64,000 nt of DNA from NCBI RefSeq assembly GCF_001194135.2, contig NC_068993.1, forward strand, positions 36,575,203 through 36,639,202. The letters run 5' to 3'. This DNA comes from Octopus bimaculoides (taxonomy: Eukaryota). Below, one piece after another: positions 1 through 12,525 of this stretch. The notes under the pieces were generated by a model that made no database searches, was not told the origin of the DNA, and saw only the letters and a list, made by a program, of their open reading frames with translations. Every line of letters begins with the position of its first letter. The first letter of the stretch is position 1. The position numbers and the translations under genes were made by a program.

Positions 1-350
1 GGGAAAAGAAATCAGCGCAAGACTGAGCCAAATGTCAGAGTAATTGATTTTAGTCGTTTCAATTTGGTTTCTGAGTATGATAGTTAACACCATTTCACAC
101 ACACATTTAGCTCTTACATTGCTTGTAGCACAGGCATTAGAATGAAGTAGGAAGGAATAGGGGCAGGGTATGGATTTTCAGCAAAATAAATAAATAAATA
201 AATAAATAAAAATAAAAAAACACAGAAAAGTCAGTGTAAATAAAATAAAAAATAAAATGAAACAAAACTATATATTCAAAAACAATTTGGTTACGGAGCT
301 ACAGTTTATATGTGGTGAGGAAACAGAGGATCTATGGGGGCCTTAATAGC

Positions 351-556
351 TTAACCCTTTAGCATTCAGATTATTCTGTTAAATGTAATGCTTATTTATT
401 CACATTGCCATTATCTTGTAGTTTACTATATGATTGTTTATAGTTAGGATGACATTGTAGAGTAGGTATGAGAGGCCAGACCTGGCCAGTTTGAACATAA
501 TAAAACAGGTAGAATATTTGGGCTGGATATGGCCAGTTTAAATGTTAAAGGGTTAA
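351..556. mobile_element. piggyBac-like MITE family A
   Basis: TTAA-CCCTTTAGCATT...AATGTTAAAGGG-TTAA; internal sequence recurs at 26050, 31144, ~39095, 45596 and 48529. Confidence 0.8.
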
Positions 557-693
557 AAGAGAATCTAAGATACAGTTTATATATGATGTGGGGTAACTGA
601 GTATCTATGGAAACCAGGCATAGTTTATATGTGGTGAGGTAACAGTATCTATTGAGTCTCAGAAGTTTATAGGAGAGTTCTTAGAAGGTTACT

Positions 694-1084
694 CTTTTAC
701 TTGTTTCAGTCATTTGACTGTGGCCATGCTGGGGCACCGCCTTTAGTCGAGCAAATCGACCCCAGGACTTACTCTTTGTAAGCCTAGTACTTATTCTATA
801 GGTCTCTTTTACCGAACCGCTAAGTTACGGAGACGTAAACACACCAGCATCGGTTGTCAAGCGATGTTGGGGGGGGGGGACAAACACAGACACACATACA
901 TACACACATATATATATACATATATATAACGGGCTTCTTTCAGTTTCTGCCTACCAAATTCACTCATAAGGCTTTGGTTGGCCCGAGGCTATAGTAGAAG
1001 ACACTTGCTCAAGGTGCTATGCAGTGGGACTGAACCCAAAACCATGTCGTTCGTAAGCAAGCTACTTACCACACAACCACTCCT
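694..1084 (-). mobile_element. tRNA-derived SINE family 1 (head aggagtggctgtgtggtaag; tail A ...gtcaaatgactgaaacaagtaaaa), near full length
   Basis: Head, body, (TA/CA)n spacer and tail match many other copies in the window. Confidence 0.85.
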
Positions 1085-1260
1085 AACTTTCATTGCTGTG
1101 ACATGTCTAACTTGCTCATTAAATAGAGAACAACAAAGTCGTCAGCTTTTACTGGTAATAAGCCAGGTCAATACAGTATCAGAAGCCAAAGAAACATTTA
1201 AAGTTACTAAGCTACATTTTTAAAGCACACACACACACATATATATACATATCTTTTATC

Positions 1261-1614
1261 TTTTACTTGTTTCAGTTATTAGACTGCGGTCATACTGGGG
1301 CACCACCTTGAAGTATTTGAGTCAAACTAAGTCTGGTACTTATATCTGTCTCTTTTGTCAAACCACTAAGTTACGGGGACATAAACACACCAACATCAGT
1401 TGTGAAACGGTGGGAAGAGGGGGACAAACATGAACACACACACACACACACACACACAGACTTTTTTCAGTTTCTTTCTACCAAATCCACTCACAAGGCT
1501 TTGAATGACCCGAGGCTATAGTAGTAGAAGACACTTGCCCAAAGTGCCACGCAGTGGGACTGAACCCAGAACCATATAATTGGGTAGAAAACTTCCTACC
1601 ATGCAGCCATGCCT
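1261..1614 (-). mobile_element. SINE family 1 copy
   Basis: Same layout as 694-1084, more diverged. Confidence 0.8.
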
Positions 1615-1619
1615 GTCAT

Positions 1620-1990
1620 ATTTTAGCATCCACTTTTCCATGCTTGCAGGGATGCAATGGAATTTGTTGAGGCAGATTTTCTACAGCTGGATGCCCTTCC
1701 TGTTGCCAACCCCTGCCTATTTCCAAATAAGGAAATATATCTTTTACCATGGCTATATGCTTTCACAGAAAATTGGAGATGAACAATACTGCTTGCATAT
1801 GTATATTGCATATATATATTGTAAAAAGCACCCAGTGCATTCTGTGAAGTGGTTGGCATTAGGAAGGGCATCAAGCCATAGAAACCAAACCAAAACAGAC
1901 CATGGAACCTAGTGTGGGCCCTGGACTTGCCAGTTTCTGTCAAGCCATTCAACCCATGCCAGCATGGAAAATGGACATTTGATGATGATA
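1620..1990. mobile_element. Two RTE-type 3' tail fragments in opposite orientation (about 1620-1800 minus, 1820-1990 plus)
   Basis: Shared motif aggaagggcatc...cccatgc(c/a)agcatggaaaa followed by a (tga)n tail. Confidence 0.7.
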
Positions 1991-2841
1991 TATATTCATA
2001 CAACTGTTTTTTTCAGTTTTCATCCACCAAAAAATGGAATTTAGATAAACTATCACAGAGATTCAAAGTTTGATCATTTTTAGCCAATCAGAAAACAACT
2101 CAGAAGCCGGCATTTTCTGCATGATAGTTGACAGACGCAAAGTGATTCTCATCAAAATTTATAGTGATGGTTGCAATGATGAAAGTGTTACAGTGATGCA
2201 TATACAGCATTCTGGTTACAATGAAAACAGAGCAGACTACAGCTTTGCTTGTCACCATGGAGACAGACACCAATGTGAGATATATGGTCATGTGTATGTA
2301 CAATGGGGGCTTTTGATTGGCTAAAATTATCCAGTATTTGAAAACTTTAAAAATTACTAACATTTATTTGATAATTTATGGCAAAAATTAATTTAATTTC
2401 ATAATTAGCATACAAACCAAATAGGTATAAATAACCAAATTTAAAAACAATCAGAAGAAAATTGAAAAGAAAAAAAAATACAAAATCTGTGACAGGAACC
2501 ATAAAGATCCTAAAAGAATTTCGGTCTGACTTTTACCTGAAATGTCTTAGGTTAATTATGATTAGGAGATTAAATGGGCAAAAGATAAACTTGGACATAT
2601 TTTAGGTAAATTAGTGTAAATGCATAAACCCTGTAGGTGCACAGAGAGGGTTTTGAACAGGCATATGTTTACATCATAATGTGAGATGTCATCATGACCC
2701 ATTGGAGTACTCCAATTCTAAGGTACCCTAATGTTTGGTTGTGTCACCCACATTTTATTCTATACTGTAACAGCCCACTTGATGACCCCTTCAACATCTG
2801 GTCCTATGTAGATGATACATTACATTTCTCTTTAAACTTCT

Positions 2842-3086
2842 ACACACAAGCATCAACCACCTGAAGCCTATACATACAGGCAACACACAAGCACCAAACA
2901 CCTGCAGTCTATACAGAGAGGCCACACACAAGCACCAACCACTTGTAGCCTATGCATACAAACCAATCATAAGCACAGCACCAACCACCTGCAACCTATA
3001 AATACAAGCCACACACAAGCACCAACCACCTGCTGCCTGTGCATATAGGTCACATACAAGCACTAGCCAATACAAACTATACATAC
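2842..3086. repeat. ~41-bp minisatellite, ~6 degenerate units (acacacaagcaccaaccacctgcagcctatacatacaggcc)
   Basis: Units aligned by eye; a further partial unit appears at ~3482-3510 after the SINE. Confidence 0.85.
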
Positions 3087-3474
3087 AGGTGCAGCTGTGG
3101 CTGTGTGGTAAGAAGCTTGCTTCCCAACCACATGGCTCTGGGTTCAGTCCCACTGTAAAGCACCTTGGGTAAATGTCTTCTACTATAGCCACAGGCTAAC
3201 CAAAGCCTTGTGAGTGGATTTGGTAGACAGAAACTGAAAGAAGCCCATCATATATGTATGTATTTTGTGTCTGTGTTTGTCCCCACCACCCCATCACTTG
3301 ACAACTGATGTTGGCGTCTTTATGTCCCCATAACTTAGTGGTTACGCAAAAGAGAACGATAGAATAAGTACTAGGCTTACAAAGAATAAGTCCTGGGGTC
3401 AATTTGTTTGACTAAAGACGGTGCTCCAGCATGGCCACAGCCAAATTACTGAAACAAGGAAAAGAATAAAAGAA
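3087..3474 (+). mobile_element. SINE family 1 copy, full length
   Basis: Head gtggctgtgtggtaag through tail gaaacaaggaaaagaataaaag. Confidence 0.85.
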
Positions 3475-5309
3475 TACACTTCACATACAAGTATCAACCA
3501 CATGCAGCCTTTCTACCTCACACTTAATTCTGTATGAACAAAGACATCAAGAAGATCCTGAACTGAGAAAGTGGGGTGTCATGCTAATCTTATCCCCTTC
3601 AACATTAAAAGACACAATCAAGAAAAATATATCACACCTACCTCTCTAAACACAAATATTCCACAACAATAACCATGAAGATCACTACAAACATTAGGCT
3701 ACATTATCACTAGGTACCTGTCGAAGGCCACACTTAGGGGTCAAAGAACAGAAGGTGGTCTTATAGCTAATGCATTCAAGACTTGAGGAGGGATGGTTCC
3801 TAGACATGTGTCACAAAGGCCCACTGGCGTTTGAACATGCTCTGATGTCATGGGAACCAATCCTTCTGACTAAGGGTTCAACAGGCCTTGTACCTCAAGG
3901 ATAAGTTTAGAAAAGCAGGTAACTAGCACAATAAGCAATAAATAAACTAGCAAAATTCAAGAGAATTACTGCTGTACCTTTTCTTAAAAAAAAAATTCTA
4001 CAGACTTTTGCATGGCAGTTCATGATTACCAATATCTGTAGATTTGCTGCTTGCAAAATAAAAATCTTAGTAACAACTGCAGTTCCCCTTGAGGGCCAGA
4101 AAATTCTTCACCTGATTCAGAAACACACAGCTGCATCTATTCCAGGTGGCATCTAAAGAAAATTCACCTGACTGGTTGATATAAAGTTAGTCACCAACAT
4201 ACTCCAACCGCTGACCCACAGATGTACTGTATCTCCTCATTCTGACCTTTCTACCACTACAACAATGGCCTTTGCTCATCTGAGCTAGCTAGTCTTAGAT
4301 CAACCCTACTCAGATGTTCCCTTCTCCCTCATCTCTCATCAGCCATATTGCCACTCCTTTCCTTACAAATTATACCAGCCACATAGGCAGTCCTTCTTCC
4401 CAGAATGTTAGCCCTCTGGAACTCTTCCCTTGCATATGTTTTATTTTTTGTATCTTACTCAGCTACGGTCTCAGCTTCATCCAAATGAACATCATCATTC
4501 ATGCTTGCATAGATCAGATAGAATTTATTGAGGCTAATTTTCAACAGCTGGATACCTTTCATGTCATCAATCCTCACCTCTTTCCAACCATGGTAATATT
4601 TCCCATGGCCAGACATATTTTCACAAAAGATTGGAAACTTATGACACTGCTTGTTTGACAGTGACACTTGTTCACATCTTTTCTATGATGTCAAGACTAG
4701 GATACACAAACACATAAATACATATATGTGTATGGCAAAAGGTCACACACAGATACACTCAAATCTCTGGCCTACAGGCACATTGCTCCCTCTCTACCAC
4801 TCCTATGATGTCTGTTCCTTGAAGTTAGCTAGACTCATTCCACTCATCAATCCTTATTGTCATACTTTTCAAGCCCTGCACTAATCACTATGTCCAGATT
4901 TTTCTTATCTGTTACTCTAATAATTCTTTGAAACCCCCCACCCCTACTCTGTGTTTTTTCTTTTTATCCTAAAAAGATGAGAAGCAAAGTGGACCTCAGC
5001 AGGGTTTGAACTCAAGCTGCATAAAATCACAACAAAAACTGCAAAGTTCTTCATCCAATAACTAACAATTCTGCCAATTTGCCACCTGAATGATACAATG
5101 GCAAACAAACAAAAATATTGGCTATAAAATATTTACAGAAAGATTGTAAGAGCCCATAGAAGGTAAAACTAATATGATAAGTATGCCCATACAAGACATT
5201 GGTCAGCAGAAGGTCATAGTAAGAGACACTTACCCCAAGTGCCATGCAGTGGGATCTAACTGGAAGCCACATGGTTGAGAAACAAACTTCTTAATAACAC
5301 AACCTATTA

Positions 5310-6790
5310 TTATTCTTATTATTAATCCATTCATCCACCCACCTTCTCTGTTCTATTTCTATGAGGATTGTTGGTGTAGAGGTTCTCAAGAACCTTCTTT
5401 ATAGGGTCCTAACCATCTTGTTCTTGGCCTTCCCCTAAGTCTCTGTCTGGTTGGTTCAACTTGAAGAATCTGTTTGCAATTCTTTCCTGCAAAATTCTAA
5501 TCACTTGTGCTCTCAATACTGAGAAGTAGCAGCTCAACCTGGAGAGAGACTCTCTAATTGCCAAGTTACATTAAACCAGAGATCTTCCAAAGGAATCCTA
5601 TTTCAGCTGCTTGTATCTGTGACTGTACTCTTTCAGTCATTATCCAACACTCATGACCATAGGAAAGGTGAGGAGCATAATGCAAATTGAAGATAGCAAG
5701 TTTGACTTTTTGACCAACCTGTCCTCTTTCGAGGATTGAATCCTGAAGCTAGTACTTAACTGTACCAGCACCTGCAATTCTAACACCTGCTTCCCATCAC
5801 ATATGAATATGGGCCCAAGACACTTAAACCTTCACACTTATCTCAGTGATGTTCCACTAGTATGCAGAGTGCACTGGGAACACTTTCTTGAGAGGAACAG
5901 TGTCTCAGTCACAACAACACTTATTTTCATAACAGCCTTCAGCACTCAGCAATGAACCCATTCAGTGCTTGCTGGAGATCATCTTCTGATGAGCCAAGTA
6001 ACACTATGTCATCCGCAAATATCACCCAACTGATCCTACACCTACAGATTGTAACACAACTTCTACTTCCACAACAGCTGCACATGTCAACCCAGTTCAT
6101 AAAAACTATGAAAAAGAGAGTTGACAATACATATTCTCAGCAAAGTCCAGCACCCAATTTGAAAGGTTTCAACTTAGATCCATTTACCCAAATATCTGGG
6201 CTTTACAATAACCAGTAGTTGCCCATTAATCTTAAACTCCTGCAAACCTCTCCATAGTAAGTCTCACAGCATGCACTTACATGCCTTCATGAGGTCTACA
6301 AAGCAAGGGTACACCTCTTGACAATATTCCCACGATTTCTCAAAGCCTTGCCATACAGTTAATTGAGCTTACATCCAAGACAGAAGCCACACTGTTCTTC
6401 AGCAAGCTTGGGCTCAACAATTTTCCTATATCTCGTCTGCAAACACCTAGCACAGACATTAGCAGGGAGGCTCAACAAGGAGATTTATCTAATTCTAGAA
6501 GAATCATAGAGTAAAGTTTACTTTACAATCCCACAATCCCATGTCTCATCTCAGTGCATGACACCAGGAGGCCCAAGTATCATCTACCATAGCCTCAGAT
6601 ATATGCCTTGTGATTGAAACTGGGTAGGCAAAAAACTAGTGGGGGGCACTAGGGATAAACTGTACCTATTCTTGAGGTGGTAAACTAAATTAGTTTTTCC
6701 TTGTTTAACACCAGACTTGGACCCAGGAGCTCTAGTGAGCCCACACTGTTGCAAGCATTCAAACCAGGCCTTCAAATAACGACTATGACA
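5310..6790 (-). mobile_element. Decayed RTE-clade LINE (RT domain and C-terminus)
   Basis: RKIVEPKLAEEQCGF, STLFFIVFMNWV, VIFADDIVLLGSSEDDLQQAL, QVEKFKCLG and RGRPRTRW remnants with stops and frameshifts; (AAT)n-like tail near 5310. Confidence 0.85.
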
Positions 6791-6879
6791 GTTACAACAT
6801 TCCAATGTTTCCTCTTTGATAAATTTATTCATCAGAATTACAGATAAGGTGTGAATGAGGGAGGGGAGGAGTTACTGTC

Positions 6880-7065
6880 ATTACCATTCTTATGATCATC
6901 ATCATCATCATCATTAGTGTCATCACTGTAGACACAACCATCATCATCAACACTACTACCCCCACCACTATAAGCACTATGATTATTTGAACAATCACAA
7001 CAACCATCATCATCACTGCAGCCATCACCACCACCACCATCATCACCTCCTCAACCATCCCCCTT
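6880..7065. repeat. (CAT/CAC)n low-complexity tract
   Basis: Direct reading. Confidence 0.85.
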
Positions 7066-7306
7066 TTTATTTCCCAATCAATTTACTCTCTCTAAACCTT
7101 GACATACAACAGGAAGTGTTGATATGCTGCTGTTCTGTCATCCCAGTCTCTGTCTTGTCATCATCCGATGACATTTCATTCAGTTTGTCACCACCACCAT
7201 GTCCCACTCCTGTTTCTCCAACAGTCATAGTCTCCACTCCATATCATGCTATAATAATGATACCCCACCCCACTACCACACACACACACACTCTCTCACT
7301 CACTCA

Positions 7307-7348
<42 letters not shown>

Positions 7349-7776
7349 ATTTATGGATTAGACAAGCTGCTTTGTAAACGACTCTTACATGACAAGTGAT
7401 ACTGTCTGGGTAGAGAGAGAGAGAGAGAGAGAGACTTCCTTTATACATAAATGTCTTCTCACAAATGAAACATGAGTCAGAGAAAGTTTTCAAATTGAAG
7501 AAAAGAAAATGAGAGAAAAAGAAAAAAAGAAAATACAATAAAGGGGAACAAATGAGATAATTTAATACAAACCTAAGATCTAAATAATATTATATCATGT
7601 TTGTGTGTGTGCGCAATCACAAGTATTTTATGTTCACTTTCTTATCTTCAAAATCAACAGGATCCCAAAAATCAAAGGACCATGTTACGCGCCATTATCT
7701 CAGTTTGGTATGGGTTCTACACCTACACACCCTTTCTAACATCAACCACAGTACATATATGTATGTATGTATGTTC

Positions 7777-8005
7777 TTTTACTTGTTTCAGTCATTTGAC
7801 TGTGGCCATGCTGGAGCACCGCCTTAAAGACTTTTTAGTCAAAGAAATTGATCCCAGAACTTATTCTTCCTAAGCCTAATACCTATTCTATTGGTCTCTT
7901 TTGTTGAACAAGGACATAACTGTCAAGCGATGGCAGAGGGCAAACACAGACACGTATAAATACATAAATACGTATATCATCATCATCATCATCATCATAT
8001 ATATA
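7777..8005 (-). mobile_element. SINE family 1, 3' half running into an assembly gap
   Basis: Tail A sequence, then (CAT)n and Ns. Confidence 0.75.
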
Positions 8006-8764
8006 NNNNNNNNNNNNNNNNNNNNNNNNNNNNNNNNNNNNNNNNNNNNNNNNNNNNNNNNNNNNNNNNNNNNNNNNNNNNNNNNNNNNNNNNNNNNNNN
8101 NNNNNNNNNNNNNNNNNNNNNNNNNNNNNNNNNNNNNNNNNNNNNNNNNNNNNNNNNNNNNNNNNNNNNNNNNNNNNNNNNNNNNNNNNNNNNNNNNNNN
8201 NNNNNNNNNNNNNNNNNNNNNNNNNNNNNNNNNNNNNNNNNNNNNNNNNNNNNNNNNNNNNNNNNNNNNNNNNNNNNNNNNNNNNNNNNNNNNNNNNNNN
8301 NNNNNNNNNNNNNNNNNNNNNNNNNNNNNNNNNNNNNNNNNNNNNNNNNNNNNNNNNNNNNNNNNNNNNNNNNNNNNNNNNNNNNNNNNNNNNNNNNNNN
8401 NNNNNNNNNNNNNNNNNNNNNNNNNNNNNNNNNNNNNNNNNNNNNNNNNNNNNNNNNNNNNNNNNNNNNNNNNNNNNNNNNNNNNNNNNNNNNNNNNNNN
8501 NNNNNNNNNNNNNNNNNNNNNNNNNNNNNNNNNNNNNNNNNNNNNNNNNNNNNNNNNNNNNNNNNNNNNNNNNNNNNNNNNNNNNNNNNNNNNNNNNNNN
8601 NNNNNNNNNNNNNNNNNNNNNNNNNNNNNNNNNNNNNNNNNNNNNNNNNNNNNNNNNNNNNNNNNNNNNNNNNNNNNNNNNNNNNNNNNNNNNNGCTCTT
8701 TTACCGTTTTGCTTTTTATTTTTTACATTTCAGTTTCCATTTTCCATAGTTTACTGTCTGTGTT

Positions 8765-9509
8765 TTCAAGCATCCCCTCCAATTGAACATGCTTTGGCTT
8801 TTCTCAGACGAGAAAAATTTCTGCCAGGATCAGATGGTGAAAACACAGAACAACTGTTGGCTTGCTGTGTCCCCAAGGCATGTACTGAGAGTGATAAAAA
8901 TCTAACATCCAGTCCACATCATGGTGTTTGAAGTGATCACTAGTGATGGCGATGTTATGCCTCCATTCCCACATGGCCTCAGAGTCAACACGGAGGCCTA
9001 CATTAGTGTCTGGAGGAGGTAGTGCTGCCCTGGGTCAAGAGGGTAGCTGCTGGAAGACCCTATGTCTGGCAACAGGACTCTGCACCATGCCACAAAAGCA
9101 GGAGAACCCAGTCATGGCTGTCAAACAATTTTTGCGACCACATCACCCCTAACATCTGGCCACCATCTCCCCGGCTGGAAACCCCCTTGACGATTATGTA
9201 TGGGGCACAGTTGACTGAGAAAGACCGACAAAACTCCTTGTAACATGAAAGATGAATTGAAGGCAAGGATTATGACAGTATTCACCAAGTAAGTTGGTGA
9301 ACAAGGAGACCGTCCGGAAGAGTTGCAAAAGATCCCGAAGTTGTGTGGAGGCCAGGGTTGAAGCCAATGGTGATTTTATCGAATAAACTTACTCTTTAGT
9401 ATTTCAAGATATTTTTATGTAATTTTAGTAAATACAACTGTTAAAATGAGATGTCAGTGTTATTTTCATTTTTGCGTAATTTAGACGACAATTTATTCAC
9501 CACACCCTG
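8765..9509 (+). mobile_element. Tc1/mariner transposase remnant (maT/DD37D-like) with right end ...ttcaccacaccctg
   Basis: FSDEKNF, IMVFEVITSDGDVMPP, WQQDSAPCHKS, WPP..SP..PLD(D)YVWG and EANGDFIE* remnants; spacing from QQD to the PLD aspartate is near 37 once small indels are repaired; CAGGGTG-type terminus. Confidence 0.85.
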
Positions 9510-9740
9510 CATATATATCTATCTGTCTTTCTCTCTCTCTCTATTATATATATNNNNNNNNNNNNNNNNNNNNNNNNNNNNNNNNNNNNNNNNNNNNNNN
9601 NNNNNNNNNNNNNNNNNNNNNNNNNNNNNNNNNNNNNNNNNNNNNNNNNNNNNNNNNNNNNNNNNNNNNNNNNNNNNNNNNNNNNNNNNNNNNNNNNNNN
9701 NNNNNNNNNNNNNNNNNNNNNNNNNNNNNNNNNNNNNNNN

Positions 9741-9775
<35 letters not shown>

Positions 9776-10829
9776 CAGAAAGAGAGAGAGAGAGGACCGT
9801 TTGTGTGTATGAAAAGGACAAGTCATATGTGTATATAGTTAAACTCACTACAGAATTAAAACCCATTGACAGGGTTGTCATTGGCGGATGCCCTTCCTGT
9901 CAGAAAGTGAGAAGTGAAAACAGCTTTGATAAGGAATGAAACAAACTGATACATGCTGTGTGTCATGTACTTAGGCTCAGGCCACACAATAGTAACAGCA
10001 ACTTTCTGCAGTTAGGTGTACAAAACAAAAGCTAACACACCTTAACCTTTGTACTTCCAGATGATATCAAAATTATCAAATTAAATCTATTTCCATATTC
10101 TGCTTGAATCAAATCCCACAACCAGCTAATCTCATGTTAATACAATATCTTTATACAAGTATTGTATGCAGTAAAGTTTGATAGTTTGGCCATGTCTTCT
10201 CTCCATGCTCTCATATATCAAGGCAATCCAATAAAGAAGTTGGTATGTGATTGCTTAACTTGCCAATATTAGCAACTAAATAAATCTCTTTCCAATCTTC
10301 CCATACAATAAGTGCAAGCAGGGCTGTGTTGTTAAGAAGATGTAAAATGTTAGAGAACGAAACCTAGTTGCTTTTTGTGATACATACCAATACATATACC
10401 TAAAGTAAAACTTTTTCAGAAGCACAAAAACCTTATATGAACTTTGAGGGGCCAGATTATACTAATCCAAGTTTACAGCTCTGTCTCACCATTTATGCCA
10501 TCCCTGGGGCTCTGGTATGACTGTGTAACAAATGAATTTAGTCCATGGGCAACAAAGTGCATGACCAAACCAACAGAGGTGTCTTTCAAGCTAGGGTTGT
10601 TGAAGGAAATCAATCCAACAACAACAAACTTCAAATTAGACATGAAATCCAAAGCACAAACATAGAGGAGTCAGAAAAGACAAAAGATGGTGAAATACTT
10701 CCAGTTTGTGTAAGTCTACTGCTTGTATTGGTCATGTCTTGTCACTATACATTAAGATGCTTTGAGATGTTATGAAATAGCAATCGAGTAAATAAAAATT
10801 TTTGTAGCTTGCTTCTTAACCCTGTGACA

Positions 10830-10936
10830 TCAGTTTCAATCTTACTGTGTGGCACCTTGGGCAAGGATCTTCTATTAGCCCCATATCAACCAAAGCCCAG
10901 TGAGTAGAATTGAGAGATGAAAACTGGAAAAAGCCT

Positions 10937-11034
<98 letters not shown>

Positions 11035-11285
11035 ACATGACCGACCAGACTATCAGATGTTACACATCGCTGGTTACAATGCACTTGGCATTCTTTTAGC
11101 CTTTGAATGACACCACCCTGCTGGTTAAGCATGAAGTCCACTGCCCACTTTCTGTTCAAAAGGGGGACTGAAGCAACATGAAATGAAGTGTTTTGCTTAA
11201 GAACACAATGTGTCATCTGATCTGGGAATCGAACCCAAAATCTAGCCATCATGAGTGCAACTGCCTAACCACTACTCCACACACG
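10830..11285. mobile_element. SINE family 1 5' half (+) and a SINE family 3-like copy (-) meeting at a long (GT)n
   Basis: gtggcaccttgggcaag body at ~10850; the reverse of 11160-11280 reads gtggagtagtggttagg...gggttcgattccc. Confidence 0.65.
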
Positions 11286-11309
11286 CACATGTGTGTACTC
11301 ATCTTCACA

Positions 11310-11525
11310 TGATCTGATGCTTGTATGATGAGCATCACCATTACACAAGTGATGTTGCTGTTTCTAATCTTCTGTGAAAACATGTCTGGCCATAAAGAAA
11401 TATTAAAACTTGCTTAGAAATAGGTGAGGATTTACGACAGGAAGGGCATCGAGATGTAGAAAATTTTCCCCAACAAATTCTGTCTGACCCATGCAAGCAT
11501 GGAAAAGTGAATGTTAAATCATGAC
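11310..11525 (+). mobile_element. SINE tail-B / RTE-derived 3' module
   Basis: acatgtctggcc...acaggaagggcatc...gacccatgcaagcatggaaaagtg. Confidence 0.7.
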
Positions 11526-11682
11526 AGTATGGCTACATTAATCTCCAGCTTACAACCAAAACTGGTTTTAAAGGTGACAAAATATGTGTGGCAGGACTAA
11601 AGAGTTTCGCCAGTCTTATATCAGAGTTTTTATTTAGAGTTGCCTATATCATGGATTGTGGCGTCACATCTTTTTTTTTTCT

Positions 11683-11927
11683 TTTTAACTTGTTTCAGTC
11701 ATTAGGCTGCAGCCATACCAAAGCACTACCGTGAAGAATTTTTAGTTAAATGAACTGACCCCACTCCAACCTGCATCCCAGTACTTATTTTTGTTACATC
11801 TGGTACTTATTCTATCGATCTCTTTAGTCAAACTGCTAAGTTACAGGGGATGTAAATACACCAACACTGGTTGCCAAGTAATGGTGGTTGAGGGAACAGA
11901 CACTGGTTCAAAGACACATACACAAAA

Positions 11928-11967
<40 letters not shown>

Positions 11968-12347
11968 GAGAATTTACGTAAAAAACAACAGACGAGGACA
12001 GGTGGTGTAAACAACAAAAGGATGTATTAGTTTAATGCTCGGAAATAGAGAAAGTCTTTACCGTTTCGAGCTACGCTCTTCAACAGAAAGAAATAAGGNN
12101 NNNNNNNNNNNNNNNNNNNNNNNNNNNNNNNNNNNNNNNNNNNNNNNNNNNNNNNNNNNNNTATATATATATATATATATACACACAACAGGCTTCTTTT
12201 AGTCGCCATCTACCAAATCCACTCACAAGGCTTTGGTTAGCCCGAGACTATAGTAGAAGGCACTTGCCCAAAATGCCATGCAGTGGGACTGAACCTGGAA
12301 CCATGTGGTTGAGAAGCAAGCCTCTTACCACACAGCCATGCCTGCAC
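11683..12347 (-). mobile_element. SINE family 1 copy interrupted at its (TA)n spacer
   Basis: Tail at 11683-11925 and head/body at 12185-12347, with foreign sequence and a gap between. Confidence 0.8.
11965..12098 (-). mobile_element. Penelope-like terminal fragment with a hammerhead-like motif
   Basis: Minus strand reads cttt-CTGTTGA-A-GAGC-gta-GCTC-GAAAC-ggtaaag; truncated by a gap. Confidence 0.5.
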
Positions 12348-12451
12348 ATACATCTGTTCATTTTTTGTGATTTATAATTTTTGGGGTTTTATTTTTTACT
12401 TTATTTTAATTTCTTGAAGCAAGGTTATGGTTTTTATTTTGGGCTGGATCT

Positions 12452-12525
12452 TCATTCTATTGCCAATCGCTTTACACCACAGACTGGGGTGCTTTGTATT
12501 GTACTACTGGCACTAGAGACATTGT
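12452..12525 (-). CDS. Possible short downstream exon of the same gene after a 58/67-nt intron
   Basis: In-frame acceptors ttttag| (exon start 12534) and ggcag| (exon start 12525) continue phase 1 as (VLA)DNVSSASSTIQSTPVCGVKRLAIE*. No transcript support. Confidence 0.3.

Larger units (their letters stand above)
2690..4440 (+). mobile_element. Decayed CR1/Jockey-group LINE ORF2 3' part, interrupted by a minisatellite and a SINE
   Basis: Remnant peptides GVLQ (GVPQG-like), SYVDDTLHFS (YADD motif), NKDIKKIL and FYHYNNGLCSSELASL, in the expected order. Confidence 0.6.

Noticed and set aside
6987-7399. His-rich and HT-repeat ORFs
   Set aside because: Translations of (CAC/CAT)n and (CA)n; the same holds for the many YI/VC/HT/RE-repeat ORFs in the track.
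7389-7405. 17-nt microexon-like segment ((ct)n cccag|ACAGTATCACTTGTCAT|gtaaga)
   Set aside because: The pyrimidine tract is a microsatellite, and such matches are expected by chance in 64 kb.
7901-8749. 282-aa ORF and other long ORFs (e.g. 22970-23888, 61144-62565)
   Set aside because: They are open only because they run through N gaps and microsatellites.
10444-10775. Plus-strand ORFs with a gtaagt donor-like site
   Set aside because: No acceptor and no recognisable product; likely an old repeat remnant.
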